From the IMG/VR virus record IMGVR_UViG_3300005142_000031: a DNA stretch of 64,000 bases, one strand, 5' to 3'. The notes under the pieces were generated by a model. That model did not search any database, was not told the origin of the DNA, and saw only the letters and a program-made list of their open reading frames with translations. Below, piece after piece: positions 9,791-18,854 of the stretch (positions within the stretch are counted from its first letter, which is position 1; each line of letters begins with the position of its first letter). The stretch comes from an uncultured virus (IMG/VR IMGVR_UViG_3300005142_000031) (taxonomy: Duplodnaviria > Heunggongvirae > Uroviricota > Caudoviricetes). The position numbers and the translations under genes were made by a program.

Positions 9791-10140
9791 GACCTTCCTC
9801 CTCCCGGCGCCGCCTTGACCCGCTGCTCGGCCGTGCCCCGCTTCCAGGGTGCGGCCATCAGCTGGTCCTCGGTCAGTCCGAGCTTCTCCAGCGACGCATC
9901 GATGTCGACCTGGGCCCGGCCGTCGGCACCCTTGGTGTAGACGACGAAGTGCTGCCAGTTGCGGCTATGGCCCTGCGAGGCCTTGCCGTTGGTTCGGGGA
10001 CGGAAGGCCGGCTTCGGCGCCGGCCCCTCACTGATCTGCTCCAGCCGGGTGAACGTCACGGGGTCCGGGCTGTACAGCTGCAGGGTGGTGACGAGGTCAC
10101 CGAGCGTGGCCTCGGTCTCGATCTCGAGACGGTACTTCAT
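9787..10140 (-). CDS. Hypothetical protein
   Basis: SD-like hairpin upstream, typical codon usage. Confidence 0.65.
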   Translation of the reverse strand: MKYRLEIETEATLGDLVTTLQLYSPDPVTFTRLEQISEGPAPKPAFRPRTNGKASQGHSRNWQHFVVYTKGADGRAQVDIDASLEKLGLTEDQLMAAPWKRGTAEQRVKAAPGGGRS

Positions 10141-10163
10141 CAGGCTCTCCCATCCTTGGGATT

Positions 10164-10652
10164 TCAGGCCTTGCGGCGGGTCTTGATCGTCCGCTTGGTG
10201 CGGTCGCGCTTGGTCTCGATCACCTCGTCGCGCTGCGGCTCGGTGAGGTACCGATCGAGGTCGCCGAGCTTGAAGCTGGCCAGCGCCAGGAACTGCTCGA
10301 CCCCAAGGATCTCCAGCAGCCGCTTCTTGTCGGTGACCTCGCGCGACCGACTCGCCGTGCCGATGTCGGCGATGTATGCCTGACCCTGCTTGATGCCGCT
10401 CTCGTCGGGCGAGTCGTAGGCCGCGTCGGCCAGCTGCTCGCGCAACTCCTTGGCCCGAGCGTTGTACTGAGCAATCTTCTTGACGGTTTCGTCGATCGAG
10501 GCCTGGAGGTTGACCACCTCCTCGTCGATCTGGCCGAGCTCGTCAATCAGCGGGGCGAGGTTCGACCCGGCCCCAGCTTCGGCACCATTGCCGGAAAGCT
10601 CCTTGAGAGCGTCGATCTCGGACTTGTCCTGAACCTTGATGGTCACAGCCAT
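10164..10652 (-). CDS. Hypothetical coiled-coil protein
   Basis: Strong SD AAGGAGGAG and own promoter; helical heptads. Confidence 0.7.
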   Translation of the reverse strand: MAVTIKVQDKSEIDALKELSGNGAEAGAGSNLAPLIDELGQIDEEVVNLQASIDETVKKIAQYNARAKELREQLADAAYDSPDESGIKQGQAYIADIGTASRSREVTDKKRLLEILGVEQFLALASFKLGDLDRYLTEPQRDEVIETKRDRTKRTIKTRRKA

Positions 10653-10700
10653 CTCTTCATCTCCTCCTTGAGAGCTGTGGTGACCCGAGGGTCTGCGAAC

Positions 10701-10728
10701 AGTCTAACGCATTGGCGATGCTGGACAA
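10701..10728 (-). promoter_or_regulatory. Putative sigma70-type promoter
   Basis: TTGTCC-16 bp-TAGACT. Confidence 0.55.
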
Positions 10729-10730
10729 AG

Positions 10731-11984
10731 CTAGTATTGCAGCTCCTCCAGCGAGACCTCCGCCACCTCGCTGAAGTCCATCGCCTGGAAATTCCAGGAG
10801 GCGAAGAACTGCCCGGTCTCGCCCGACCGGCCCTTCAGGATGTTGATGCGCCGGCGGACGATCGTCTCGACGCTGTCCTCCTGGAACAGGCCGAGCACCA
10901 CGCTGGAGTGCTGGCCGATGGCGTCGGAGTAGCCGATGTCGTCGAGATCAGGGTCCTCATCCTTCTTCTTCTTGTCCTTGCGCTTGAACTGCCAGCTGGC
11001 GACGGTCGGCGCCACCTTGGCGAGCTCCTTCTTCAGCAGGTCAGTGTTCTCCGCCACCCGCTTGTATCGGTCCCGCTCGTAGGGGTGCTCCAGCAGGTAG
11101 GCGCCGTCGACCACCACCAACGCCGGCTTCAGCTGCATGGCGTATCCGACGATGTCCCGCACCGTGCCCGACAGGTTGGCGTCGATGACGTGGAACGGCA
11201 CCGGGTGGTCCTTCACGTCCTTCAGCAGCGTCTTGATCTGGCCCTTGTGGTCGACCGGGTATGTCGTCATCTGCCCGGTCTTGAACATCCGGTAGGGCTT
11301 GTGCGTGTACAGCGCCGCGACCCGTTCATGGATCAGCTCGGCGGACATTTCCATCGAGACGAACAGCACCGGCTTCAGCTGCTTGCCCCAGACGTTGAGG
11401 GCGATCCACAGCAGCATCCACGACTTGCCCAGGGCGGGCCGACCGACGAACGACACCAGGTCGCCGCGGCGCAGCCCGACCACCATCTGGTCGAGGGTGG
11501 GCCAGCCGAACTGGACGCCGAAGTCGTCGCCCAGCTTGACCTTCTGCAGCAGCAGCGGCCAGACGATGTCGTAGGCGTCGCGGAAGTCGGTCAGCAGATT
11601 GGACTGGCGCTTAGTGGCCATGTCGAGCAGGTCGGTCAGGACCTGGTCGGCAGCCTTGTCGGCTGCCCCGTCCTCGCCCGATTTGAGGATCTCCGCTGCG
11701 GCCTGGATCGACTTCTTGATCGTGCCGTGGCTGAAGCGGTTGAACAGCTCGTCGAGGTAGAAGGCCGGCGTCTCGGCGGCCGACAGCACGGCCTGGCCAA
11801 ACTTCTCCTCGAAGGTCTCCGGGGCTGGCGGCTTGCCGTACTTGCGGCAGAACTGTCTGACGAACTCGTAGGCCTCCTTCTCAGCATCGTTGAACAGATG
11901 CTCCAGGTTGCCCGACAGGGTCAGGGTCGACGCATCCTGGCTCTGCATCACGGCGTACAGGTAGCGATACCCGATCGTGTTCAC
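10731..11984 (-). CDS. dnaB: DnaB-like replicative helicase
   Basis: FGWPTLD, GRPALGKS, FVSMEM, VVVDGAY, SDAIGQ, ILKGRSG; GTG start coupled to the upstream stop. Confidence 0.92.
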   Translation of the reverse strand: MNTIGYRYLYAVMQSQDASTLTLSGNLEHLFNDAEKEAYEFVRQFCRKYGKPPAPETFEEKFGQAVLSAAETPAFYLDELFNRFSHGTIKKSIQAAAEILKSGEDGAADKAADQVLTDLLDMATKRQSNLLTDFRDAYDIVWPLLLQKVKLGDDFGVQFGWPTLDQMVVGLRRGDLVSFVGRPALGKSWMLLWIALNVWGKQLKPVLFVSMEMSAELIHERVAALYTHKPYRMFKTGQMTTYPVDHKGQIKTLLKDVKDHPVPFHVIDANLSGTVRDIVGYAMQLKPALVVVDGAYLLEHPYERDRYKRVAENTDLLKKELAKVAPTVASWQFKRKDKKKKDEDPDLDDIGYSDAIGQHSSVVLGLFQEDSVETIVRRRINILKGRSGETGQFFASWNFQAMDFSEVAEVSLEELQY

Positions 11985-12559
11985 AGCGCGGCTCCGTCGA
12001 TCACGAAGTAGTGGGCTTCGATGTGCTGCCGGAAGAAGGCACCATATTCCGAGCCCAGGCTGTCCAGGCTCGAGCAGTACAGCACCGTCTGCTGCCGTTC
12101 CGCCCAGCGGGTCAGCAGCACCTCCTGCAACAGCCCGATCTTCCAGTGATCGAGACCGCCTCCTTCGCTCTTGCGGGTGAAGAAGTTGGGCACCAACAGG
12201 CACGACGCCTGCGGCAGGTCGTTCTCCCGCGCCGCTTGTGCAATTGATTGCAAGGTCATCACCTTGGCGCGGATGAAGTTACGCAGCAGGGCGCCGGCGA
12301 TCGCCGCCATCCGGTCCTCGACCGGCGGGTTGAACGGGCCGACATAACACAGCCCGGCGTAGCCATCATGGGCGTGCTGGCGGAACCGCCGCACCCACAG
12401 CGCCTCGCCCTTCGACACGAACTCGTCGATCGGGGTGTAGACGAAACTGGGATGCACCGCCGCATCCCGGGTGACGTCGCTGATTGCCTCGACCAGCCGC
12501 TCGTGCACCGGCCGGTGCAGCACGCCAGCCTGAAAGGCTTCCTCGGGCGTCCGGTTCAT
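11981..12559 (-). CDS. DnaC/IstB-like helicase loader, degenerate (no intact Walker A)
   Basis: Between initiator and DnaB. GLCYVG, LLVPNF, LLTRWAERQQTVLY follow the IstB layout but lack GxxGxGKT. Confidence 0.55.
   Translation of the reverse strand: MNRTPEEAFQAGVLHRPVHERLVEAISDVTRDAAVHPSFVYTPIDEFVSKGEALWVRRFRQHAHDGYAGLCYVGPFNPPVEDRMAAIAGALLRNFIRAKVMTLQSIAQAARENDLPQASCLLVPNFFTRKSEGGGLDHWKIGLLQEVLLTRWAERQQTVLYCSSLDSLGSEYGAFFRQHIEAHYFVIDGAAL
12239..12252. repeat. Dispersed palindrome (in DnaC-like gene)
   Basis: TGCAATTGATTGCA (reverse orientation). Confidence 0.95.
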
Positions 12560-13467
12560 TCCTTCACCCCCATCGCCTTCAGGAGGTCGTGGGGCGCCTT
12601 CGTGGCCTGGGCCGGGCCCTGACCCTGCCGGAACCAGTTGACGGCCGTCTCGGCGTGCTTGAGCGCGAAGCCGACATCCGGCTTCTCGGGCACGAACTGC
12701 AGGCCCTTATCGGCCCGGACCTGGGCGACGAAGCCCGACCAGTCGGCGAGCACCCGCCCCAGCACCTCGGACGGCCGCTCGGCCGAGGCCACCGCCTTGG
12801 CGAACTGGCCGATCTGGCCCTGCTGCTTGCCGGTCAGCTTGGCGAACGTCCCGTCCCCGGACACCGCCTTCAGCCACTGCGTCACGAGCTGCTTGGGAGC
12901 ATCGGGATCAACGGCCTTGCCTTTCGGCTTCAGCTCCCAGGTCCGGTTCGCCAGGACATCTTCTGCCTTCACGGCGTAACCCTCCTCGTTTCCATCCTTG
13001 GAACTTCTCCCGGAATCTTCTTCGGTCTCCGGGCCGAGGTCAAGCGACGCGGCAGCGTCGCCCTTTTCTCCTCTCCTACTTTTCTCTCTAAAAAGAGATC
13101 GGGCCCTATGGGGCCTTTTGGTCCCTGAGCAAAGTGCCCTCTCGGGCCTTTTGCTATTCTGAGCAACGGGCCCGGACGGGCCCTTTGGGGTCTCGGTCTG
13201 TTCCGTGAACCAGACCTTCTTGGTGCCGCCGATATAGGCCTGTCGACGGTCGATCAGACCCTTCTCGGCGAGCTCCGTCGCGGCTCGACGAAACTGCTTC
13301 AGCGACAGTCCGCTATCCTCGCACCAGTCCTCGCGCGACCGGGCCACCCAGAACCGCCCGTCGCACTCCAGCATCCGGAACTGCGACCAGAACCGGATGC
13401 GGTACAGCAAGATGCCCGCGGCCATGTCCCCGGCCTCGCGGATCGCTTCTGCCAGCTTGGATGCCAT
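12556..13467 (-). CDS. Replication initiator protein (N-terminal winged HTH)
   Basis: WVARSREDWCEDSGLSLKQFRRAATELAEKGLI winged helix, then a low-complexity linker containing DNA repeats; lies upstream of loader and helicase. Confidence 0.75.
   Translation of the reverse strand: MASKLAEAIREAGDMAAGILLYRIRFWSQFRMLECDGRFWVARSREDWCEDSGLSLKQFRRAATELAEKGLIDRRQAYIGGTKKVWFTEQTETPKGPSGPVAQNSKRPERALCSGTKRPHRARSLFREKSRRGEKGDAAASLDLGPETEEDSGRSSKDGNEEGYAVKAEDVLANRTWELKPKGKAVDPDAPKQLVTQWLKAVSGDGTFAKLTGKQQGQIGQFAKAVASAERPSEVLGRVLADWSGFVAQVRADKGLQFVPEKPDVGFALKHAETAVNWFRQGQGPAQATKAPHDLLKAMGVKE
13060..13196. repeat. Putative replication origin: iteron-like repeats plus pyrimidine/AT-rich tract inside the initiator gene
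   Basis: GGGCCTTTTG..CTGAGCAA.G.GCCC at 13111 and 13144, GGGCCCTTTG at 13178, adjacent tract TTTTCTCCTCTCCTACTTTTCTCTCTAAAAAGAGAT. Confidence 0.6.
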
Positions 13468-13492
13468 TCACCCCTCCCCCGTCCTCTGGATG

Positions 13493-13525
13493 AAAAAGCC
13501 CCGCACGGCAGGACCATGCGGGGCT
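13493..13525 (-). terminator. Rho-independent terminator
   Basis: GCCCCGCA/TGCGGGGC stem followed by T5 on the minus strand. Confidence 0.8.
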
Positions 13526-13541
13526 CATACGGTGGCAGCGA

Positions 13542-14138
13542 TCAGCTGGGCTTGCTGAAGTCGACCTCGATCACGTTATCGCCGGCGTCGCTGGCCCAGG
13601 CCTTGACGTGGGTGGCCCACTCCTGCAGGTTCTCCGTCGTCGGGATATGCTTGTTGATGACGTCGAGCCACTTGTTCCTGATGAAGGCAGCGGCCTCGTC
13701 GGTGCCGAGCTCGACCGACGCCGACTCGAACAGGCTGCCGACCATCTTCTCGGCGACTGGGTTCTCCTCGATCACCTTCTTGATCATACCCCAGTCACCG
13801 TAGTTCGGCACCACTGCGATCACGTTCAGCGATGCGCGCAGGGCGCGACCGGGACCAGACGGCTGCTTATGCCACTGGAACGGGAAGGCCGACGTTACCT
13901 GCTCGGCCGTGACCTCGGTCTCCTTGTCCTGGTCGTAGCTGTCCGGGTTCTGGAGGGCGAGATCGGCCGGCGCCGCGCGCAGCCGGAACCCGGCGATATA
14001 GGGACCCGAATAGTGACGCTCGAAGTACGGCTTGATGCCGAGGGCGACACCATCCTTCTCGGCGATCTTCAGGTAGTCGAACCCCCCCTCGGAACCGATC
14101 ATCATTTGCGAGGCCTGGGTCATGGTTTCCGCCATCAT
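13542..14138 (-). CDS. Hypothetical protein (stand-alone transcription unit)
   Basis: Own promoter, SD and terminator; no motif recognised. Confidence 0.75.
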   Translation of the reverse strand: MMAETMTQASQMMIGSEGGFDYLKIAEKDGVALGIKPYFERHYSGPYIAGFRLRAAPADLALQNPDSYDQDKETEVTAEQVTSAFPFQWHKQPSGPGRALRASLNVIAVVPNYGDWGMIKKVIEENPVAEKMVGSLFESASVELGTDEAAAFIRNKWLDVINKHIPTTENLQEWATHVKAWASDAGDNVIEVDFSKPS

Positions 14139-14183
14139 CTCCTCCTTGAGCATTGGCGTCTTTGGTTGGAAAGAACCAACACC

Positions 14184-14211
14184 AGTCTAGCCCTGTATGC
14201 AGCGAAGTCAA
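14184..14211 (-). promoter_or_regulatory. Sigma70-type promoter
   Basis: TTGACT-16 bp-TAGACT with an AT-rich upstream element. Confidence 0.75.
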
Positions 14212-14250
14212 TGAATAATTGACGCTCTCCTAAAGTATTCGACCAGAACA

Positions 14251-14288
14251 GAAAAGACCCCGCCAACCGGTGCTGGCGGGGCTTTCTT
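14251..14288 (-). terminator. Rho-independent terminator ending the late/lysis operon
   Basis: CCCCGCCA/TGGCGGGG stem with flanking T/A tracts. Confidence 0.75.
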
Positions 14289-14300
14289 GGCGACCGGAGG

Positions 14301-14600
14301 TCAGGGATAGGCAAACATCGCGCTGTAACTGACCAGGGCAAAGACATTGGCGGGCGAACCGCTGACGAAGGCCCGGATCTTGCCAACGCCCAACTCGAAG
14401 TTGACGTAGCCGTCGGCGGTGAACGAGGCGTCCGTCACGTCGAGCGCCGTGCTGCCGTCAGGGCCGAGCAGCTGCAGCTTGACGGTCGCGCCGTTCCAGG
14501 TGCCGGCGACCACCGCGAAAGTACCGCTGCCACCGGCCCATTCGACCCAAGGCCCGGTGGCGTCGCCGTCCTCGATCAACTTGGCGCCGTGCAGGGACAT
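14301..14600 (-). CDS. Small beta-rich hypothetical (probable virion) protein
   Basis: GTWNGATVKLQ beta-sandwich-like pattern; SD present. Confidence 0.65.
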   Translation of the reverse strand: MSLHGAKLIEDGDATGPWVEWAGGSGTFAVVAGTWNGATVKLQLLGPDGSTALDVTDASFTADGYVNFELGVGKIRAFVSGSPANVFALVSYSAMFAYP

Positions 14601-14625
14601 CGCTCCCTCCTGCGGTCAGATCGGG

Positions 14626-14982
14626 TCAGCTGAGCGACAGGTCGGCGTCGGTCAGCGTCAGGGTGCCCTGGGCGCCGAAGGTCTCCGAACTGGCCAGCGC
14701 CGCCGAACCCTGGAAATTGCCTGCGGTCAGGGCGTCGAAGAACCCGGCATGGGTCACCGTGACACCGCCCGGCACGTCGAAAGCGGGCTGGTTCGAGCTG
14801 TCGAGGTTGCCCGAGGCCGCGGCGTTCCAGGTCATAGCCTGACGGGCATAGGCCGGCGAGCCGCCGGAGACCTCGTTGGTGCCGGTCGACCCGGGATCGG
14901 CGGTGTGCAGCGAAGCGTGGGTCGCCTTGTTGGCGCCCAGCTGGTCAAGCATGTAGTTCAGCGCAGCGTTCGTGAACGGCAT
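14626..14982 (-). CDS. Probable minor tail / fibre-attachment protein
   Basis: SLHTADPG..NEVSGG..YARQ..VTHAGFFDA..GNF pattern typical of small siphovirus tail proteins. Confidence 0.7.
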   Translation of the reverse strand: MPFTNAALNYMLDQLGANKATHASLHTADPGSTGTNEVSGGSPAYARQAMTWNAAASGNLDSSNQPAFDVPGGVTVTHAGFFDALTAGNFQGSAALASSETFGAQGTLTLTDADLSLS

Positions 14983-15094
14983 GGTCCTGATTCCCTATCC
15001 TAGGTCGCCGTCAGCAACGGATTGCCGACAATCCCCATACCACGACCCGGTCCGGAACCCCATCGGCCAGGTCTTGGGTGGTCGCATTCCTGCA

Positions 15095-15889
15095 CTACGC
15101 CCGACCGGGCAATCCCTTTAGAAAAGCCTGGCCTTCGTCGAGGAAGCCTCTGTACAGCTTCCAGTTCCCGACATGCCGCTGGGTCCACCAGTGATCCAGA
15201 ATGCATCCGGGGCGATCGCCGGCGAGGTCCATGCCGCGCTCGTCGCCCCAGGCGATCACGTCGGGGTCGTCGAGCTGGACGTCGTGCCAATTCGCCGGCG
15301 CGAGCGGCCCGAGCCCGACATGTCCAATGCAGGGGTAGTAGCCGATCTCCGGCGAGAACCAGCCGCCCAGCACCGACAGCACGGCATCGGTCTCGACGCA
15401 GACATTGAGAAACTCTGTCGCGTCCATCCGACGCGCTGCGGCCAGGGCGGCCGGTCGGTGCTCGGCGCCGTTCAGGAGCAGCACTCGGTGGATACGGTGG
15501 CGTGCCGTGCTTGCAATCAATTGCAACGCCTCCAGAACCACCCGCGAGCCCAGGCTGTGACACATCACGTCGACAGGTCCCTCGACGTGCCCGAACAGTC
15601 GGGCCAGGCGCGGTGCCGCCTGGGTAGCGGCCAGCTCCCAGGCCCAGCTGTAGGTGTTCCAGTGCCTCGCCCGCCAGGCCTTCCAAAGCGTGCCCAGCCC
15701 GGCCGGCGCCGCGTAGTACCCGAAGCGGATCACCGGCCGACCGAGGTGACTACGCCACTCGTCATAGAGACCGTCGGGCCGGTCCCGGCGATGCCGGGCG
15801 TCCGGATCGAACCGGAACCCGTGCACCAGGACGACCGGGCGCTGCAGGCTCTCAGCGAAGAGCCGGTAGTTGGCCTCGCCGCCGATCAT
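15095..15889 (-). CDS. Alpha/beta-hydrolase (esterase/lipase-like)
   Basis: VVLVHGF oxyanion motif, nucleophile elbow CHSLGSR, candidate Asp (DAVL) and His (DHWW). Confidence 0.8.
   Translation of the reverse strand: MIGGEANYRLFAESLQRPVVLVHGFRFDPDARHRRDRPDGLYDEWRSHLGRPVIRFGYYAAPAGLGTLWKAWRARHWNTYSWAWELAATQAAPRLARLFGHVEGPVDVMCHSLGSRVVLEALQLIASTARHRIHRVLLLNGAEHRPAALAAARRMDATEFLNVCVETDAVLSVLGGWFSPEIGYYPCIGHVGLGPLAPANWHDVQLDDPDVIAWGDERGMDLAGDRPGCILDHWWTQRHVGNWKLYRGFLDEGQAFLKGLPGRA
15512..15525. repeat. Dispersed palindrome (in hydrolase)
   Basis: TGCAATCAATTGCA, extends to TTGCAATCAATTGCAA. Confidence 0.95.
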
Positions 15890-16683
15890 CAGGCGGCCTC
15901 GCAGACGGCCCGGACCCGGGCATGCAGGTCGGCCGCCTGGGCCTCCAGGGCCTCCATCTCGGCCGCGGTGGGCTGCTCGCCAGCTTCCTGCATGGCGGCG
16001 ACCTGCTGGCGGAATGACAGGCGGTAGAGCCGCATCGCCGCGATCGTCGCCGAACCCTTGGCGATGCCGGCCAGCACCTCGGGATCGACCCCGCCAGCCG
16101 GCGCCGACTCCACAGCGGTCGCCTGCAGCGAGGCCTGGGCAGCCAGAGCCGAGGCCGACCGGGACAGCGTGAGCAGCGCCGTGCTCAGCAGATCCTCATC
16201 GCCGGTGCTGAAGGCCCGCTGGACGTCTCCCATCGCCAGGAAGGCGACCGTCTCGGCGTCACAGATAGCTTGGCGCGCGGAGCCGGAGACCAGGTCAGCG
16301 ACAGCCGCAGTGCCAATCGCGCCGTACACGTACTCGCCAGTGAGCCGAAACGCCTTCTGCTGGGGCGTCTCGCCCTCTTTGGCCCCGAAGGCGTCGCCAA
16401 CCGGCGAACTGGCGCAGCCGACCAGCAGTAGCGGCAGGATCAGGACGGCGAGCACCTTGACGGTGGTCGACCCGCCGACGAACGGCAGCCGGATGCCTTC
16501 CTTGGCCAACTTGCGGCCGATCAGGGCGATGCCGGTGCCGGCGGCGAAGCCGACGTCCAGCGCGATGTTGAGGATCTCGGTGACGGCCGTCTCGGGCAGG
16601 CCGTACTTGCCGCCGAAATACACCGCGGCCATCGAGATGATGCCCCACACCGTCTTCGACTTAAACGCGTTCTTCCCGTCCAT
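15889..16683 (-). CDS. Lysis-cassette membrane protein: holin-like N-terminus plus internal lipobox and helical domain
   Basis: KSKTVWGII plus two hydrophobic segments, then VKVLAVLILPLLLVGC (lipobox LVGC); directly after the endolysin. Confidence 0.6.
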   Translation of the reverse strand: MDGKNAFKSKTVWGIISMAAVYFGGKYGLPETAVTEILNIALDVGFAAGTGIALIGRKLAKEGIRLPFVGGSTTVKVLAVLILPLLLVGCASSPVGDAFGAKEGETPQQKAFRLTGEYVYGAIGTAAVADLVSGSARQAICDAETVAFLAMGDVQRAFSTGDEDLLSTALLTLSRSASALAAQASLQATAVESAPAGGVDPEVLAGIAKGSATIAAMRLYRLSFRQQVAAMQEAGEQPTAAEMEALEAQAADLHARVRAVCEAA

Positions 16684-16698
16684 GGGAACCCTCCTTGG

Positions 16699-17556
16699 TC
16701 AGCTGGGAAACAGCGCTCCCCAGGTCTTGCGGCCGACGATCCCGTCGGCGGTGAGCCCGGCCGCTTGCTGGAAGGCGACCACGGCGTCGTGGGTCTTCGG
16801 TCCGAAGATACCGTCGGGAACCAGGCCGAGGCGTTTCTGCACCGACACCACTCGAGCCCCGGCGCTGCCCAGCTTGATCAGGGTCGCCGGCGCGGCGCCG
16901 CGGGCGCGGTCATAGGCCTGGGCGAGCTTCTGGGCGTACCGGTTGCGCCAGTAGCCGGGCCCGTTGTAGCCGCGAGCGAAGGCAGCCCAGTCCTTGGCGC
17001 GCAGCGGCTCGACCAGCTTGGTGGTCTTCAGGAAGCCGAGCACGGCCTGCAGCTGGTGAGCCTCGTCGCGCGCCATCGCCGCGGCGAAATCTTGCACTGT
17101 GCCGAAGCCGCAGGCTTCATGGTTGAACCCCATGATCTGGAACAGGCCCCAGCTCGCGGACTTCAGCGCAGCCTCGGCGTCGAAGGTCATTGCCTTGGCC
17201 AGGCGCTCCCACTCGCCCAGCCCGCCGACATAGTCGACCTCGCCCCAGTGCTCGGCCCAGACGCCGGCCGAGGCGGCGCCGAATGGCGGGTCGGGCACCA
17301 GCCGACCGAAGACGTGCGGCTCGTAGAGGATGCGGGGCAGACGGGTCGGCAGCGCGAGGTCGGTCAGGGCGTCACCGGTGGACCGACGCAGGACCTCGTG
17401 GTCCGGGTCATCGATGAAGCCGGCGCCGGCGGATTCGATCTCAATCACCGCCTGCAGCACGGCGACCTCGACCCCGATGCCCTTGGCGGCGGCCTCGACC
17501 GCGTCCGGCGTCAACGGCGCTCCGGTCGAATAGAAGCCGGTCAGGGTCTCCAGCAT
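16699..17556 (-). CDS. Endolysin: N-acetylmuramidase (DUF3380-type) with C-terminal peptidoglycan-binding domain
   Basis: AVIEIESAG, ILYEPHVF, SASWGLFQIMGFNH, FARGYNGP, DGIFGPKT..FQ..GL..DGIVG..TW. Confidence 0.93.
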   Translation of the reverse strand: MLETLTGFYSTGAPLTPDAVEAAAKGIGVEVAVLQAVIEIESAGAGFIDDPDHEVLRRSTGDALTDLALPTRLPRILYEPHVFGRLVPDPPFGAASAGVWAEHWGEVDYVGGLGEWERLAKAMTFDAEAALKSASWGLFQIMGFNHEACGFGTVQDFAAAMARDEAHQLQAVLGFLKTTKLVEPLRAKDWAAFARGYNGPGYWRNRYAQKLAQAYDRARGAAPATLIKLGSAGARVVSVQKRLGLVPDGIFGPKTHDAVVAFQQAAGLTADGIVGRKTWGALFPS

Positions 17557-17599
17557 CCTCGCCTCCTTGCGACGGCCTCCTTGCCGATGCCGAGTCTAG

Positions 17600-17613
17600 T
17601 GCAATCAATTGCA
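17600..17613. repeat. Dispersed palindrome (intergenic, upstream of endolysin)
   Basis: GTGCAATCAATTGCAC immediately 5' of a TAGACT -10-like hexamer (17593-17598). Confidence 0.95.
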
Positions 17614-17621
17614 CGCGTTGT

Positions 17622-18005
17622 TCACCGGAACGTGTCCGTGCCCTGCTGCTCCCGAAGGGCGTTGTCCAGGCTGTCGACCTTCGCCTCGATCCGCTGGATC
17701 ACAGTCAGCGTGCTGGTGCCCTTCTCCTCGAGTCGGATCAGCCGTTCGACGATCGAGGACTGGGTGCTGGCCATGTCTTCATACTCAGAGCGCATACGAT
17801 CGGTCTGGGAAACCAGCGAGTCGATCAGCGCCGAATGCGTCGCATCCTGCCGGGACAGCTCGGAGTCGGCGGCCCGCAGCTCGTCGTAGGTCTTCATGCT
17901 CCAGCCGGCATAGACCGCAAGCAGGGGAATGGCGACGGCCAGAACCAGCCTCTCGAGCACTGTGTACTGGGTCGAAGGGTTCACCTTCCCGGCGTCGAAC
18001 GTCAT
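17622..18005 (-). CDS. Single-TM coiled-coil protein (holin/spanin-like)
   Basis: One N-terminal hydrophobic helix then heptads; directly upstream of the endolysin. Confidence 0.6.
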   Translation of the reverse strand: MTFDAGKVNPSTQYTVLERLVLAVAIPLLAVYAGWSMKTYDELRAADSELSRQDATHSALIDSLVSQTDRMRSEYEDMASTQSSIVERLIRLEEKGTSTLTVIQRIEAKVDSLDNALREQQGTDTFR

Positions 18006-18220
18006 CGGTGACCTCCAGTCCGTCCAGCCAAGAGGATAGGGACAACGTCGTCAGCCGCCTACCCTAAGTCCCGGAAGTGGCTCACTTCTGCATCTTGTTG
18101 CGGATCATTGCGAGCTTGTCCGATGCCGCGACCTTAAATTTCTCGGTCGCCGCCACCGGGTCCGATACGAACTCGACCACCGCCTCGCGCATCTCGCGGC
18201 AGGGGCGGCAGTCCCGATCC

Positions 18221-18835
18221 TCACGTTCCGACGCCACCGAACATCTCCTCGGCATCCTGAAGGAAGGAAAACGCGTGGCCGTCGGTCGGCGCGGCCTCGA
18301 TCTGGGCGACCAGATTGGCCTCGATCGCATCGATCTGAGCGGCGACCACGGTCCACAGGTTCGAGCGGGCCAGCACCGTCTGGGCGTTCTCGAACACATC
18401 GGCACCGAACACGCCGATGCCCGACTCCAGCAGCAGATACTTGCCGGCCGGCGGCGGGTTCTCCGGGCTATGATTGGCGAGCAGGTCGATCGCCTGGTTG
18501 CGCTTCTCCAGGTAGACCATCGCCTTACCGTCGCCCGGCGTGATGAAGCGGTGCCGGGCCGCCTCGGCCTGCTCGTTGACCCGCCGGCGCATGCCCGCCC
18601 GGGCGGTCGGAAGGAATTGCAGGTCATAGATCTCGCGGATCTTCTCCGCGGTGACCACGAAACTGGGACCCTCCAGGCCTAAGATCAGCCCGTCATAGCC
18701 GGACACCCAGCCCTCGATCTGGACCGGACGCAGCTCGGCCGCCGGATCGGGCTTCGGCGGATCGTTCACGCCGTCCGGGAACCACAGGAACTCGCCGGTG
18801 AACGCGCCGCCGCGCACCACACCCCATTTCGCCAT
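18221..18835 (-). CDS. Tail-fibre-associated / assembly protein
   Basis: Follows fibre genes; AARHRFITPGDGKAMVYLEKRNQA pattern seen in fibre-associated proteins. Confidence 0.65.
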   Translation of the reverse strand: MAKWGVVRGGAFTGEFLWFPDGVNDPPKPDPAAELRPVQIEGWVSGYDGLILGLEGPSFVVTAEKIREIYDLQFLPTARAGMRRRVNEQAEAARHRFITPGDGKAMVYLEKRNQAIDLLANHSPENPPPAGKYLLLESGIGVFGADVFENAQTVLARSNLWTVVAAQIDAIEANLVAQIEAAPTDGHAFSFLQDAEEMFGGVGT

Positions 18836-18854
18836 CCTGGCTCTCCTTCCTGGA

